Shown: piece by piece, positions 1 to 9,174 of the stretch | How positions within the stretch are numbered: position 1 is the stretch's first letter | How the letters are laid out: each line of letters starts with the position of its first letter | Assembly (NCBI GenBank): GCA_963815195.1 | Contig: CAWFGE010000013.1 | Coordinates: 544,001-608,000 of the forward strand | Length of the DNA: 64,000 nt | Reading direction: 5' to 3' | From: an uncultured Planctomycetaceae bacterium | GTDB taxonomy: Bacteria; Planctomycetota; Planctomycetia; Planctomycetales; Planctomycetaceae | Position numbers and translations under genes: made by a program | Notes under the pieces: generated by a model | What the model was told of the DNA's origin: nothing | The model's input: the letters and a program-made list of their open reading frames with translations, nothing else | The model's database searches: none

Positions 1-189
1 TTTGAGGCAGACATTTTGCTCGATCTCCGCAAAGGCCGTTCGACAATCGGGACTGTCGGCCAAGGCGAGGAAAATGAACGCTTGGTGCTGGAATGGGAGC
101 CCCAAAAGGCGCTTCCCAAGATCGGAAGCTACAATCCGGAAACGGTTCGAAACAAGCTAATGGAATTAAAGCCAATGCTTATGAAGTAG
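1..189 (+). CDS. 3' end of a hypothetical protein, truncated by the window edge
   Basis: Frame 1 is open from base 1 (FEADILLDLRKGRST...KPMLMK) to TAG at 187-189 and is followed by a hairpin. Confidence 0.55.
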   Translation, partial: FEADILLDLRKGRSTIGTVGQGEENERLVLEWEPQKALPKIGSYNPETVRNKLMELKPMLMK

Positions 190-198
190 ATCGCATAC

Positions 199-240
199 GA
201 AAATCCCCCCGCTTACATTGCTGTCAGGGGGGGGATTTTC
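199..240. terminator. Bidirectional intrinsic terminator between convergent genes
   Basis: GAAAATCCCCCC...GGGGGGATTTTC inverted repeat between the stop at 189 (+) and the stop at 265 (-). Confidence 0.7.
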
Positions 241-264
241 ATTTCCTATTCTGATCGGGTTTCG

Positions 265-3200
265 TTATTGCCGCCGGGCACCCGCTGGCCGGAAGGCGTC
301 TTGGGGGATGATGACCGGGTTGGGCTGCGGGATCGGCGGGGCTTTTTGCGGGCTGGGCGGAGTGCCCGGCAGCGGCAGGGCGGTTCCGCCTTTGAGCGGT
401 CGATACGCCGGGTAGTAGGCCCTGAGGTCCTGTTGGAGCTTCAGTTCCCTATGCTTGGGATCGGCGATCCGGTAGTCCCGGAGGCCGTCGAGCACCGTCC
501 ACACCCGGCCGTCCGGCCGCTGATACATTCCGTGCTGCTCTTCCAGATTCAGCGGGCGAGCGCCGACGCGGCCGAGCACCGCGATCTGGTTGCCGGACTC
601 GTCCACCGCCCGGTCGCGGTCCACGCCTTCCGAAAGCGCCAAGGCATGTCCGCCCTTGGGGATCGGGAAGGTCGCGACCAGCCGGGGCGTCGGACGCGGA
701 CTGAAGCCGCGATAGCCCGGCGTGTTCGTGCCGATCAACTCCACCACCCGCAGGCCGTTCCTGCCGTCCGCGAGATAGGCGAACTCGGTCGTATACGCGA
801 TGCCCAGCTTGACATCGTGCGCGTCGTTGATGCACCCGTCGGCGTTATAGATCTGATCGATCTTCGGTTCGAGCGGGTTCTTGACATCCACAATCACCAG
901 CCCTTGATGGCCCCCGGCGACGTAGGCGTAGGTCCGGGCGACATACACGTTGTGGGCTTCTTCGATTTCCACGTGCGAGACGACCTTGGGGTCGGCGAGG
1001 TTCGTGGTGTCGATGACCTTGAGACCTTCCGAATCGCAGACGAAGCCGTAGCGGAACTGCACGCCCACCGACTTGGGATGATGAATCCCCTCGACGACCT
1101 TGCAGAACTTGGGCTTCGTCGGCTCGGAAAGATCGACGATCACGAGGCCCGCATCACAACAGATGTAGGCGTATTCGCCGACGATCTCGATCGCCCGCGC
1201 TCCGCAGAGAATGCCGTCCGGATTGTAGGTCGCAGCCCGTTCGAGGAAGTTATTGAGCGGATTGCCGTCGAGGAGCGTGCCCGCCCCGACCACGACCAGC
1301 CCTTCATACTTGTCGGCGACATAGATGTAGGCATACAGCATGTCGATGGGGGCTTCCATGTTCTCCGGGTGCTGCTTTCGCGTGGGATCGGGGGCGATCG
1401 TCGTGGGAGCCGCCACGTCGGTCGCATACTTGGTCCGCACATAGAAGCGTTGTCCCACGGGCGAGACCGGGGCGGTCACGATGCGTTCCGAGAAGCCTTT
1501 GTGATCCGTGAACGCAATATCGAAGATCCGCAGGCCCATTTCCCCGCAGGCGCAGTACAAATACTCGCCGCGGTGTTGAAGGTTTAAGATTTCCGACTTT
1601 TTGAAGGGATGGAAGATGTTTTCACCGACATCGAAGCCGGGATGCTCGTGGTAGCGATCGAGTTCGTACTCATTCTCCACGTGCTTTTTGTAGTAGTCGG
1701 GGTACACCATTTTGTGCATCGAGCTGCCGATGACGGATTGGGGCTCGTCGCGTTCGGTGACTTGGACCGCGAAGATTCCGTGACTTCCGGCACCGACCCA
1801 GGCGTATTTGCCGATGAAGTTCATGTAGTTCGTGCCCTGCATCAAGAGCTGCGCCATGAGGGCGTTGTTGTCGTTTTGATGCGAGAGGTGGCAGTCGCTG
1901 CAGAGCTTGGTTTCGCCTTTGCCGCGGACGGTGTGCGGGACGTTCGTGCTGAACGCGATGCCGCTCATGCCGTCGCTGGAGATGGTTTGCTGCTGATAAT
2001 AAATCGATTCGCGATTCTTGTTGTACGAGCCGACGTGAATCGCGCACGCGGACCGCACGGGGCCGATCCGCTGCTTGGTGACGATCCCGTCGCGGGCGAG
2101 CATGTAAACCTCGTCGCGGAGCGTTTGCCAGTTGTAGCCGGTGTAGTTGAGGTCCAGGTCGCCTTCGTTGTGCAGTTCCGGCATTTTCTTGTCGGCTTTC
2201 TGCGGCAGATGGCAACCGTAGCAACTGGGGTTCCACGAGGAATGGCAGGCGATGCAGCTCATATTGCCCAGGTTGTGGGCGCATTGGGCTTTCTCCGCGG
2301 GCAGGTTGCCCCAGACCATTTGCTCGCCGGTTTGGTCAAAGCGGACGGTCTTCGAGATTGCCGAGAGCGCGTTGTAGTCGGGGTGGTCGGGATTGATCGT
2401 GTCTTTGACCTGCGTGACTTCCCAACTCATGCCGCGCTCGACCATCGAGTTTTGAATGATCTTCCCGTCCCGCACTTCGAACCGCCGTTTGCCGAAGGGC
2501 GTCCGCATGGCCGTGAGGTTGCGTCCGGGCGGGCCGTTCGGCCGCTCGGCGGCGGCGGGACCGGAGGTCACCATAAATCCGTTGCCGAGTTCCATCGCGT
2601 TCTGGTAGGCGTCGCCGTGGCAATCGACGCACTGGATTTCAATCGCGGCCCGGACTTCGCCGTAGAGCTTGGTATCGCCGTGCACATCCTGGACGAAATG
2701 GCAGTCGATACAGTGCATGCCTTTTTCCAGGTGGATGTCCAGCATGTGCACGGGCACGTTGTCTTTCAGCTTGTCGAGTTCCGCCTCCATCTTTTTGAGC
2801 GACTCGGGCGTCTTTTCGTCGCGGTCGCGGTACAACTGCTTGACGTACTGCGGAATCAGCACCGCCATTTGCAGCTGCGTGTTGGTCGGGTTTTCGATGA
2901 CGTTGCCTTTGTGATCGAGCAGATGCCCGTCGCGGTTTTTCTTGAACACCGTCTGATACACCCAGCCGTGACCGTGGAAGTCGGCGAACTGCGTCTTGGA
3001 CAAATACGGATTGAGTTCGGCGACGCGGGCGAGAAATTCCGGATCGGACCACAGCCCGCGGGCGGAGACGTCGTTGGGGTCGCTCATTTGCGAGCGGACG
3101 AATTCCTCGGAGGTGGGATATCGCTGCTGCTTGGGATACATGTGCTCGCCATCGGTTTCCAGATCCCACCACATGTAGCCCAGGTAGCTGTTCATCACCG

Positions 3201-4545
3201 TGGTGCCGGGGTGCATGTGGCAGACCATGCACTGGCTCGTCGGGATCGCCCGGGTAAAGCGGTGCTCGATCGGATGGCCCGACTCGTCGCTGGGAATCGT
3301 CGGATCGACGCTGGTCACCAACTCATCGAGGTGCGGCGCGGCATAGCCGCGGTTGCCGTATTTCGCATAAGGCCCGGAATGCACCGGCGAGCGGTCGTTG
3401 GCATAGATCACATGGCACGCCGTGCAGCCGCCGTTGCGGTAGTCGCCCGCGTGGTCGTTCGTGCCGATGAAGTTCAGCGTCGGGTCGAGCAGCCGCGTTT
3501 TCTGAAGACCGATGAACACAGGGTCGGTGCGGTTGCCCGTGCCCAGGCCGCGGTTGCCCAGCCGTTCGCGGGGTTTGCCGTTGTCGTTCAAACGTTCGGG
3601 GATGCCGGTCTCGATCACGAACCGCCCGCCTCGCTCAAAGATCCGCAGGACATTGCCCGGCTGGGAGTTTTGATAATGAGGCAGCGGATCGAGAAAGGGC
3701 AAGACGCCTTTGTACTTCATTTCTTCGGGCGTGGGCGGCGGGACGGTTTGCATTCGCTGCGGCACGCCGTGCATGCTGTAGCTTTCGCCGTAGCGCGGCC
3801 ATTTGAAAGGCACGGCTCCGTTGTTGTAGAGGGCCGCCCCCCACAGCATGCAGCCATGGGTCATCATGCTTTTCTTGACTTGGAGGGTTTCCTGGGGATG
3901 GCAGCCCGCGTTGCCGCAACTAATGTGCGCCACCCGCAAATCGCCGGGATTCATAAACCGAATGAACTCCGGGCGTTCGTGGTTGAGCAGGGCATAGCTG
4001 CGAATCGGGTTCGCCGCCGAGATCCACGCATCCGGAAAACGGGGCGAAACGTGGGCCTGATGCTTCACGGTCGAAGTCGGGTCGCCGCCGTGGCAGTCCA
4101 CGCAGCCGATGTTGAGGGCTTTCGAATAATGGGGGTCGTGTTGCGTTTTATGGCATTCCAGGCAGCCCCAACTTTTCGCGCCCGCCATCTCCTTCGTCTG
4201 GTTGAGAAGGTTGAGATTCTGCATCTCCGGCGGAACGGGATAGGGATTCTCCGCGGGAGCGGCCGGCTGGGGAGCGATCGGCGGACCGGCGGGAGCTTCT
4301 CCCACGGCCTGCTCGACTTCGCCGGGCGCGGGCTCGGAAGGTCCGGTTCCCGAAACCTGTTGCACCGCGCGTTTGACTTTCTTGCCGATGCGTTGGCCCA
4401 ACGTTTCCTTGGGAGGAGCGGGGATTTCTTCCGCCGCGACGAATTGGGGGCCGTTGTCCGCGGGCCTCGTCAGCCAGTACACAAACCCGGCCATCACGGC
4501 CAGGCTCGTGCACAGAATCAGCATAGGTATCCTCGCCTGTTTCAT
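265..4545 (-). CDS. Membrane-anchored multiheme c-type cytochrome with C-terminal LVIVD-like repeats
   Basis: Start MKQARIP at 4545 follows AGGGAGG; N-terminal hydrophobic helix and Pro-rich linker; CxxCH x9 (CLECH, CVDCH, CTACH, CMVCH, CIDCH, CVDCH, CIACH, CYGCH, CSDCH) plus CGNAGCH; repeats GLRIFD, GLVIVD, GLKVID, GLVIVD, GLRVVE. Confidence 0.85.
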   Translation of the reverse strand: MKQARIPMLILCTSLAVMAGFVYWLTRPADNGPQFVAAEEIPAPPKETLGQRIGKKVKRAVQQVSGTGPSEPAPGEVEQAVGEAPAGPPIAPQPAAPAENPYPVPPEMQNLNLLNQTKEMAGAKSWGCLECHKTQHDPHYSKALNIGCVDCHGGDPTSTVKHQAHVSPRFPDAWISAANPIRSYALLNHERPEFIRFMNPGDLRVAHISCGNAGCHPQETLQVKKSMMTHGCMLWGAALYNNGAVPFKWPRYGESYSMHGVPQRMQTVPPPTPEEMKYKGVLPFLDPLPHYQNSQPGNVLRIFERGGRFVIETGIPERLNDNGKPRERLGNRGLGTGNRTDPVFIGLQKTRLLDPTLNFIGTNDHAGDYRNGGCTACHVIYANDRSPVHSGPYAKYGNRGYAAPHLDELVTSVDPTIPSDESGHPIEHRFTRAIPTSQCMVCHMHPGTTVMNSYLGYMWWDLETDGEHMYPKQQRYPTSEEFVRSQMSDPNDVSARGLWSDPEFLARVAELNPYLSKTQFADFHGHGWVYQTVFKKNRDGHLLDHKGNVIENPTNTQLQMAVLIPQYVKQLYRDRDEKTPESLKKMEAELDKLKDNVPVHMLDIHLEKGMHCIDCHFVQDVHGDTKLYGEVRAAIEIQCVDCHGDAYQNAMELGNGFMVTSGPAAAERPNGPPGRNLTAMRTPFGKRRFEVRDGKIIQNSMVERGMSWEVTQVKDTINPDHPDYNALSAISKTVRFDQTGEQMVWGNLPAEKAQCAHNLGNMSCIACHSSWNPSCYGCHLPQKADKKMPELHNEGDLDLNYTGYNWQTLRDEVYMLARDGIVTKQRIGPVRSACAIHVGSYNKNRESIYYQQQTISSDGMSGIAFSTNVPHTVRGKGETKLCSDCHLSHQNDNNALMAQLLMQGTNYMNFIGKYAWVGAGSHGIFAVQVTERDEPQSVIGSSMHKMVYPDYYKKHVENEYELDRYHEHPGFDVGENIFHPFKKSEILNLQHRGEYLYCACGEMGLRIFDIAFTDHKGFSERIVTAPVSPVGQRFYVRTKYATDVAAPTTIAPDPTRKQHPENMEAPIDMLYAYIYVADKYEGLVVVGAGTLLDGNPLNNFLERAATYNPDGILCGARAIEIVGEYAYICCDAGLVIVDLSEPTKPKFCKVVEGIHHPKSVGVQFRYGFVCDSEGLKVIDTTNLADPKVVSHVEIEEAHNVYVARTYAYVAGGHQGLVIVDVKNPLEPKIDQIYNADGCINDAHDVKLGIAYTTEFAYLADGRNGLRVVELIGTNTPGYRGFSPRPTPRLVATFPIPKGGHALALSEGVDRDRAVDESGNQIAVLGRVGARPLNLEEQHGMYQRPDGRVWTVLDGLRDYRIADPKHRELKLQQDLRAYYPAYRPLKGGTALPLPGTPPSPQKAPPIPQPNPVIIPQDAFRPAGARRQ

Positions 4546-4636
4546 CAGATTCCGGACCTCCCTATCCAGTCGCCATCCGCTGAGCCGATCCATTGGCGGA
4601 CATCCCGCGCCCGCCGGTCTTGGCAAAAGATCGGGT

Positions 4637-4708
4637 GTGATAGCGGGATGAGCAAAACGCGTCAAGAGCGATTGTTCATCCGGTTGAAACCAGTGTACTC
4701 CAGTTTCA
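4637..4708 (-). promoter_or_regulatory. Sigma70-like promoter with an upstream palindrome, for the multiheme gene
   Basis: Minus strand TTGACG-N17-TATCAC (4665-4637); palindrome TGAAAC-N12-GTTTCA at 4685-4708. Confidence 0.4.
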
Positions 4709-4764
4709 GTGACCGATTGCGTTGAGCGGAGGAGAGACGCGGATGAAAACGCAGGGACGGAATT

Positions 4765-4800
4765 CAAACCGGCACAGACATTTCTGTCTGCGCCGGTTTG
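4765..4800 (-). terminator. Hairpin after clpP
   Basis: CAAACCGGCACAGAC-atttct-GTCTGCGCCGGTTTG just downstream of the clpP stop. Confidence 0.55.
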
Positions 4801-4831
4801 GAATGGAACACCGAGGGCTGTCGGAACCTGC

Positions 4832-5435
4832 TTAGTCGCCTGTCGGTTTGGGCATGTGATCGAGAACTTTGTCGATCAAGCCGTATTCTTTGGCTTCGTC
4901 GGCCATCAGGAAATAATCGCGGTCGGTGTCCTGCTCGATTTTGTCCAGCGTTTGGCCGGTATGTTTGAGCAGAATCTGGTTCATGCGGGCCTTGACGCGG
5001 AGGACTTCCTTGGCGTGAATTTCCAATTCCGTGGCCGTGCCTTCCATGCCGGCGAGCGGCTGGTGAATCATGATCCGGCTGTTGGGCAAGTGCATTGCGT
5101 TTGCCCGGGGCTCCCGCGGCCAGGAGCACGGCTCCCATGCTGGCGGCCTGGCCGATGCAGTAGGTGTTCACATCGCAGGTGATGTACTGCATCGTGTCGT
5201 AAATCGCCATGCCCGCTGTGATCGATCCGCCGGGCGAATTGATATACATGTGGATGTCGGCCTTTTCGTCTTCAAACTGTAAGAACAACATCTGGGCCAC
5301 GAGGCTATTGGCGACGGCATCGTTGACCTGGCTCCCCAGAATCACAATGCGGTCTTTGAGCAGCCGGCTGAAAATATCCATCGCCCGCTCTTCGCGGCCG
5401 CTTTTTTCAATGACGTATGGAACGAGTACCGTCAT
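4832..5435 (-). CDS. clpP: ATP-dependent Clp protease proteolytic subunit (1-nt frameshift near 5090, probably an assembly error)
   Basis: [35 protein letters not shown] and GQAASMG in one frame; [10 protein letters not shown] and DTDRDYF continue in the adjacent frame. Confidence 0.93.
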
Positions 5436-5594
5436 AAGATCATCTCTTTATAAGGGCCGGCCCCGACGGATTCTCCATCAGAGCCACGACCAAATGATAT
5501 GAGGAAATTGAATGGGCCGGTTGACAATCCGAAGCAAATTGCTCTAAACCCAAACGTTTTGCCTTTGTCTGGAGAGGCGACAAACCGACCGGTT

Positions 5595-5652
5595 TGAAAT
5601 TTCAGGATTTTGGTCATTGGCATTTGTTTCGGATTTCGAGATTCGGATTTTT
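5595..5652. repeat. Short GGATTT(CG)-type low-complexity intergenic repeat
   Basis: ttcaggattttgg...ttcggatttcgagattcggatttt between the two clpP genes. Confidence 0.4.
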
Positions 5653-5690
5653 GCCAAAAGATCGTTCGTCTCGCAAAATCTCAAACGCCT

Positions 5691-6347
5691 TTAAGTGCTG
5701 GACTTTTCTTTTTCGGGACGGGTGAGGACTTCATCGACGAGGCCGTAATCTTTGGCTTCGTGAGCTTTGAGGTAGCGGTCGCGGTCGGTGTCCTTGGCGA
5801 TGACTTCGAGGGGCTGCCCCGTGTGAAAGGCCAGCACCTCGTTAAGGATCTGCCGGGTATCGATGATGTCCTTGGCTTGGATTTCAATATCGGACACCTG
5901 CCCGCCGACTTGCCCGTAGGGCTGGTGGATCATCATTTTGGCATGGGGCAGGGTGTAGCGTTTTCCCTTGGCTCCGCCGGCGACGAGGATCGCTCCGCCG
6001 CTGGCCGCCAGGCCCACGCAGTAGGTGGCGATGTCGCATTCCAGAAACTGCATGGTGTCGTAAATCGCCATCGTGGCTGTCACCGAGCCGCCGGGCGAAT
6101 TGACGTACAGATGCACGTCCTGGTGGCGGTTTTCCGACTGGAGAAACAGGAGTTTCATCACGATCAGGTTGGCCACCGGATCGTTGATCACCCCATCGAG
6201 AAAGACGATGCGGTTTTCGAGGAGCAGGTCTCCAATGCCCATTTGGCGTTGGCGGGTGTAGTCCCCGCGGGCCCGCTGGTTGATCGGAGCGGAATAATCA
6301 GAGCCGGCCCCGGACAAAAACGAGGACATGGCAGGCGGATCGAACAT
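5691..6347 (-). CDS. clpP: Second ClpP paralogue
   Basis: LLENRIVFL, YVNSPGGS, GLAASGG (Ser), MIHQP (His), DTDRD (Asp); ATG at 6347 after GAAGGGA. Confidence 0.93.
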   Translation of the reverse strand: MFDPPAMSSFLSGAGSDYSAPINQRARGDYTRQRQMGIGDLLLENRIVFLDGVINDPVANLIVMKLLFLQSENRHQDVHLYVNSPGGSVTATMAIYDTMQFLECDIATYCVGLAASGGAILVAGGAKGKRYTLPHAKMMIHQPYGQVGGQVSDIEIQAKDIIDTRQILNEVLAFHTGQPLEVIAKDTDRDRYLKAHEAKDYGLVDEVLTRPEKEKSST

Positions 6348-6555
6348 CAAAGATCCCTTCGTATGGCAAGAACATCCGTTTTGTGAATGGGAGAGCGTTT
6401 GAAATCGCGCCCGGTTGGTGCGCGACATTCGCTCAGGGACTTCAACTGACGTAAGCGTAGTTCATCGCGGTTTTGGTTTGCAAGGTTCGGGTGACAACTG
6501 ATGGATCTCAGAAGCTCTCCCCGAAAAGCACTGGCAAAGCCAGGCAGAATCTGGC

Positions 6556-8027
6556 TTATTCGGCGTCGGCGGTTTCTTCTTCCGGTGGGGCGACCGGCGC
6601 GGCGGCCACGCCGCAGACCGATTGCGGAATCGCCTCGACGCGGCCTTCCTCCGCGTCGGTTTTCATGGGCACTTCCTTAAACTGGCGCGGTCGAGGACCA
6701 CGTCCACCGCTTTCCGCTCGCGGATTTGGGCTTCGAGGTTTTCCATCATGCCCGAGCGAACCAGGCGAGCCCGGACCTTCCGCGGGCTTTCACCCTGCTG
6801 GGCGGCCATGATCGCGATCTCGTAATCCAGTTCTTCGTTGCTGACTTCGATGTTTTCCTTCGTGGCGATCTTGTCGAGAACGAAGTGCTCCTTCAGGGCC
6901 TGCTGGGTGTTGGACACCGCGTTTTGCTGGAGTTCGTTCATGCGGGCCTGGATTTGCTGGCGGGTGAAGCCGGCCTGCTGCATCTCCAATTGCTCCCGGC
7001 GGAGGGCGTTTTCCACCTGCTTCCGGACCAGATCTTCGGGCAGTTCCCAGTCGGCCGACTCGGTGATTTTTTCCAGAACCTGCTCGCGGGTGGACTGCCG
7101 CTGCTCGTAGCGGACCTGGCGTTCGAGCGTCTCGCGGATTTTCTCGCGGAGTTCGTCCACCGACTCCACGCCGATTTCATCGAGAAACGTCTTGTTGAGT
7201 TCCGGCGGCACGTGGCGTTCGATCTCGCGGACGGTGAACTTGGCGTGGACGGTTTCGCCTCGCATTTCCAGGGACTCGGCTTCCTGTGAAACGACGAGAT
7301 CCACTTCGCGGGAATCCCCGACGCCGGCCCCGGTCATCAATTCGCCGAAGTTCGCAAGTTGCGCATCCTGGAACCTCAGGATCGGTTTGAGCTCGACCCG
7401 TTGCCCGGTCATCCGCCGAATCGAGCGGCCGCCCCAAAAGAACTCTCCGTCCAGCCGGAGAAAATCGCCTTCCTCGGCCGCCCCTTCGTGTTTTTCGAAT
7501 TTTCCGAATTGGGACAAAAACCGCTCCTGGTAGCGGTCGACATCGTCGTCGGTCGTTTCGCGGACCGGTCTTTCGATCGTGAGGCCGGTGTAGTCGGGAA
7601 CCTCGAATTCGGGGCGAACTTCCACTTCAAACGAATAGGTGAAATCGCCCTCTTCTGGGATTTCCAGACTCTCCACATCGATGTCCGGCTGGTTGATCGG
7701 GTCCAACTGCTTCTCGGCTTCGAGTTGCCCCAGGCTGTCGATCAGCACCTTTTGCTTGACCTGGTCCGTCATTTCCTTGCGGAATCTCTTGGCGAGAAGC
7801 TCGCGGGGGACATGCCCGATGCGGAAGCCTTTGACCTCGGCGGTCGATTCCAATTCGCCCATCACCTCGTCGAAGTAATGGTCCAAATCGGCGCGGGGCA
7901 CGGTGACATCGACGTGCTTGCGGCAGGGCCCGGCCGTCTCGATTTTGACTTCCAAGTTCAATTTGGGCGCGCCGCCTTCCGCGGTGTCCTCAACGGCGGT
8001 GTCGGGGGTGTGCTCGTCGGTGCTCAT
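6556..8027 (-). CDS. tig: Trigger factor (frameshift near 6682 truncates the ORF call)
   Basis: VKGFRIGHVP ribosome-binding motif, EVEVRPEFEVPDY; restoring one base gives the tail KFKEVPMKTD...ETADAE* ending at 6556; upstream of clpP. Confidence 0.92.
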
Positions 8028-8201
8028 GGTCGGTTCCTTCACGAATGGCGAATGTGGTCCCTTGGTGTGGGGCTTGTGACGGGCAAACGGGACAACCCAC
8101 GGATGCCAAGAGTCCGGCTATCGAGATGCGACAAGCCGGACTCCAGAAAGATCAGAACGGAAAGTGATCGTGGTTCTCACCGCGAAAACACTCGTGGAGA
8201 A

Positions 8202-8274
8202 AGCGGGTGAAGGGACTCGAACCCTCGGCCTTCTGCATGGCAAGCAGACGCTCTACCAACTGAGCTACACCCGC
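8202..8274 (-). tRNA. tRNA-Gly: tRNA-Gly(GCC)
   Basis: Reverse complement GCGGGTG TAGCTCAGTTGGTAGAGC G TCTGC TTGCCAT GCAGA AGGCC GAGGG TTCGAGT CCCTT CACCCGC T forms a cloverleaf; CCA not encoded directly after the discriminator. Confidence 0.97.
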
Positions 8275-8306
8275 GTGGGCCTGGCGAATTTTCCGTCGCC
8301 GGGTTG

Positions 8307-8334
8307 ATTATCTCGCCTGACGCCCGAACGTCAA
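8307..8334 (-). promoter_or_regulatory. Sigma70-like promoter of tRNA-Gly/tig
   Basis: Minus strand TTGACG-N16-GATAAT about 30 nt upstream of the tRNA. Confidence 0.55.
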
Positions 8335-8764
8335 GCGAATCCCCCGCGGAATTTGGCCCGATCGGTCAGATTCTTTTTCCCGGAATTCCTCTGGAATCCG
8401 CTCGCGAAGTTGCCGCCGGGAGGATGTTGCTGAAACGCTCCCGCGTGATGTCCCCGCCGTCGGAGTTCGGCAACATCCGCCACCTGCCCGTTTTGAACCC
8501 GCGCAAAAAGAAAAAACTTTGCATGCACGGAAAACCCTTGTTTGCCAATAGGTTACGGCGAAAATCGGAGCGAAAGCCGCGGCGATGTTTGGAACTTTCA
8601 CCGGATCGGCATCCGGCGTGCTTTTCCAGTCCGGCACCAAACGCGGAAAACAAACTTTCTCTCAAAAATCACCTCTCTCAAAAACGACGTTGTCCTTTCT
8701 CGATCTGGACCGCCGAGGACTGTCACCCCCTCGGCTCCAGGAAACTCAGTTGTCAACCAAGCGT

Positions 8765-8800
8765 CCCCGCTCTCGGCCCACACCGAGAGCGGGGTTTTTT
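8765..8800 (+). terminator. Strong intrinsic terminator with no upstream + strand CDS
   Basis: CCCCGCTCTCGG-cccaca-CCGAGAGCGGGG-TTTTTT: perfect 12-bp stem plus U-tract. Confidence 0.75.
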
Positions 8801-8832
8801 GCGTTGGGCAAATGCCTAAACCGAATTATTCA

Positions 8833-8889
8833 TAGCCCGAAGCGCAAGCGAGGGAAATTGTTTGCAATCCTTCCTTGCAATTCGGGCTA
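8833..8889. repeat. REP-like palindrome, family R1 (TAGCCCGAA.CGC.AGCGAGGG...TTCGGGCTA)
   Basis: Degenerate copy of the elements at 61085-61145 and 62469-62533. Confidence 0.6.
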
Positions 8890-8950
8890 CTAATTGAGAC
8901 GGCTAAAACGCTCTCGGGAACCGTGGAAGCCCGCGAAACGAGCCTTTGCA

Positions 8951-8966
8951 GGTTTCACGTGAAACA
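8951..8966. other. parS: parS centromere-like site
   Basis: gGTTTCACGTGAAACA, 15/16 match to the parS consensus TGTTTCACGTGAAACA. Confidence 0.8.
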
Positions 8967-9009
8967 CAAAAGCCGGGCGAATCGGGGTGACTGCGAAGGT
9001 TGGCGAAGG

Positions 9010-9025
9010 TGTTTCACGTGAAACC
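9010..9025. other. parS: parS centromere-like site
   Basis: TGTTTCACGTGAAACc, 15/16 match to the parS consensus. Confidence 0.8.
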
Positions 9026-9174
9026 GGCCGGGGGGAAAATCCGCTCAAAACGAAACCCCGACGCCGGTTGGGGGGTTAATATCAGAAGGGTTTGATCAAA
9101 TCCCTCCGAAATGGCCACCCGTCGGGCGTGCCAGCGATCCGGATTCCCCTCAGATTCTCGAGGAGCAGGTTTCC

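Noticed and set aside
1609..4725. 1038-aa + strand ORF and similar long antisense ORFs (9082-10800, 27025-28875, 33672-36185, 41673-43595, 48975-50618)
   Set aside because: They mirror well-supported genes on the opposite strand and lack motifs; such shadow ORFs are expected in GC-rich DNA
4546..4767. N-terminal extensions in the ORF track (multiheme to 4767; also 19651, 26749, 57838, 59645)
   Set aside because: Downstream starts have RBS and signal-peptide context, and the extensions run across promoters or repeats
8202..8274. tRNA-Gly as the integration site of an island or prophage
   Set aside because: No integrase and no duplicated tRNA 3' end found; the downstream gene is core tig
8304..8893. 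Several 60-170 aa ORFs in the tRNA-parS intergenic region
   Set aside because: No motifs, atypical composition, mutually overlapping, and several run through a strong terminator
8275..9174. oriC in the parS-containing intergenic region
   Set aside because: No convincing TTATCCACA DnaA-box cluster or extended AT-rich unwinding element seen, and no dnaA/dnaN nearby
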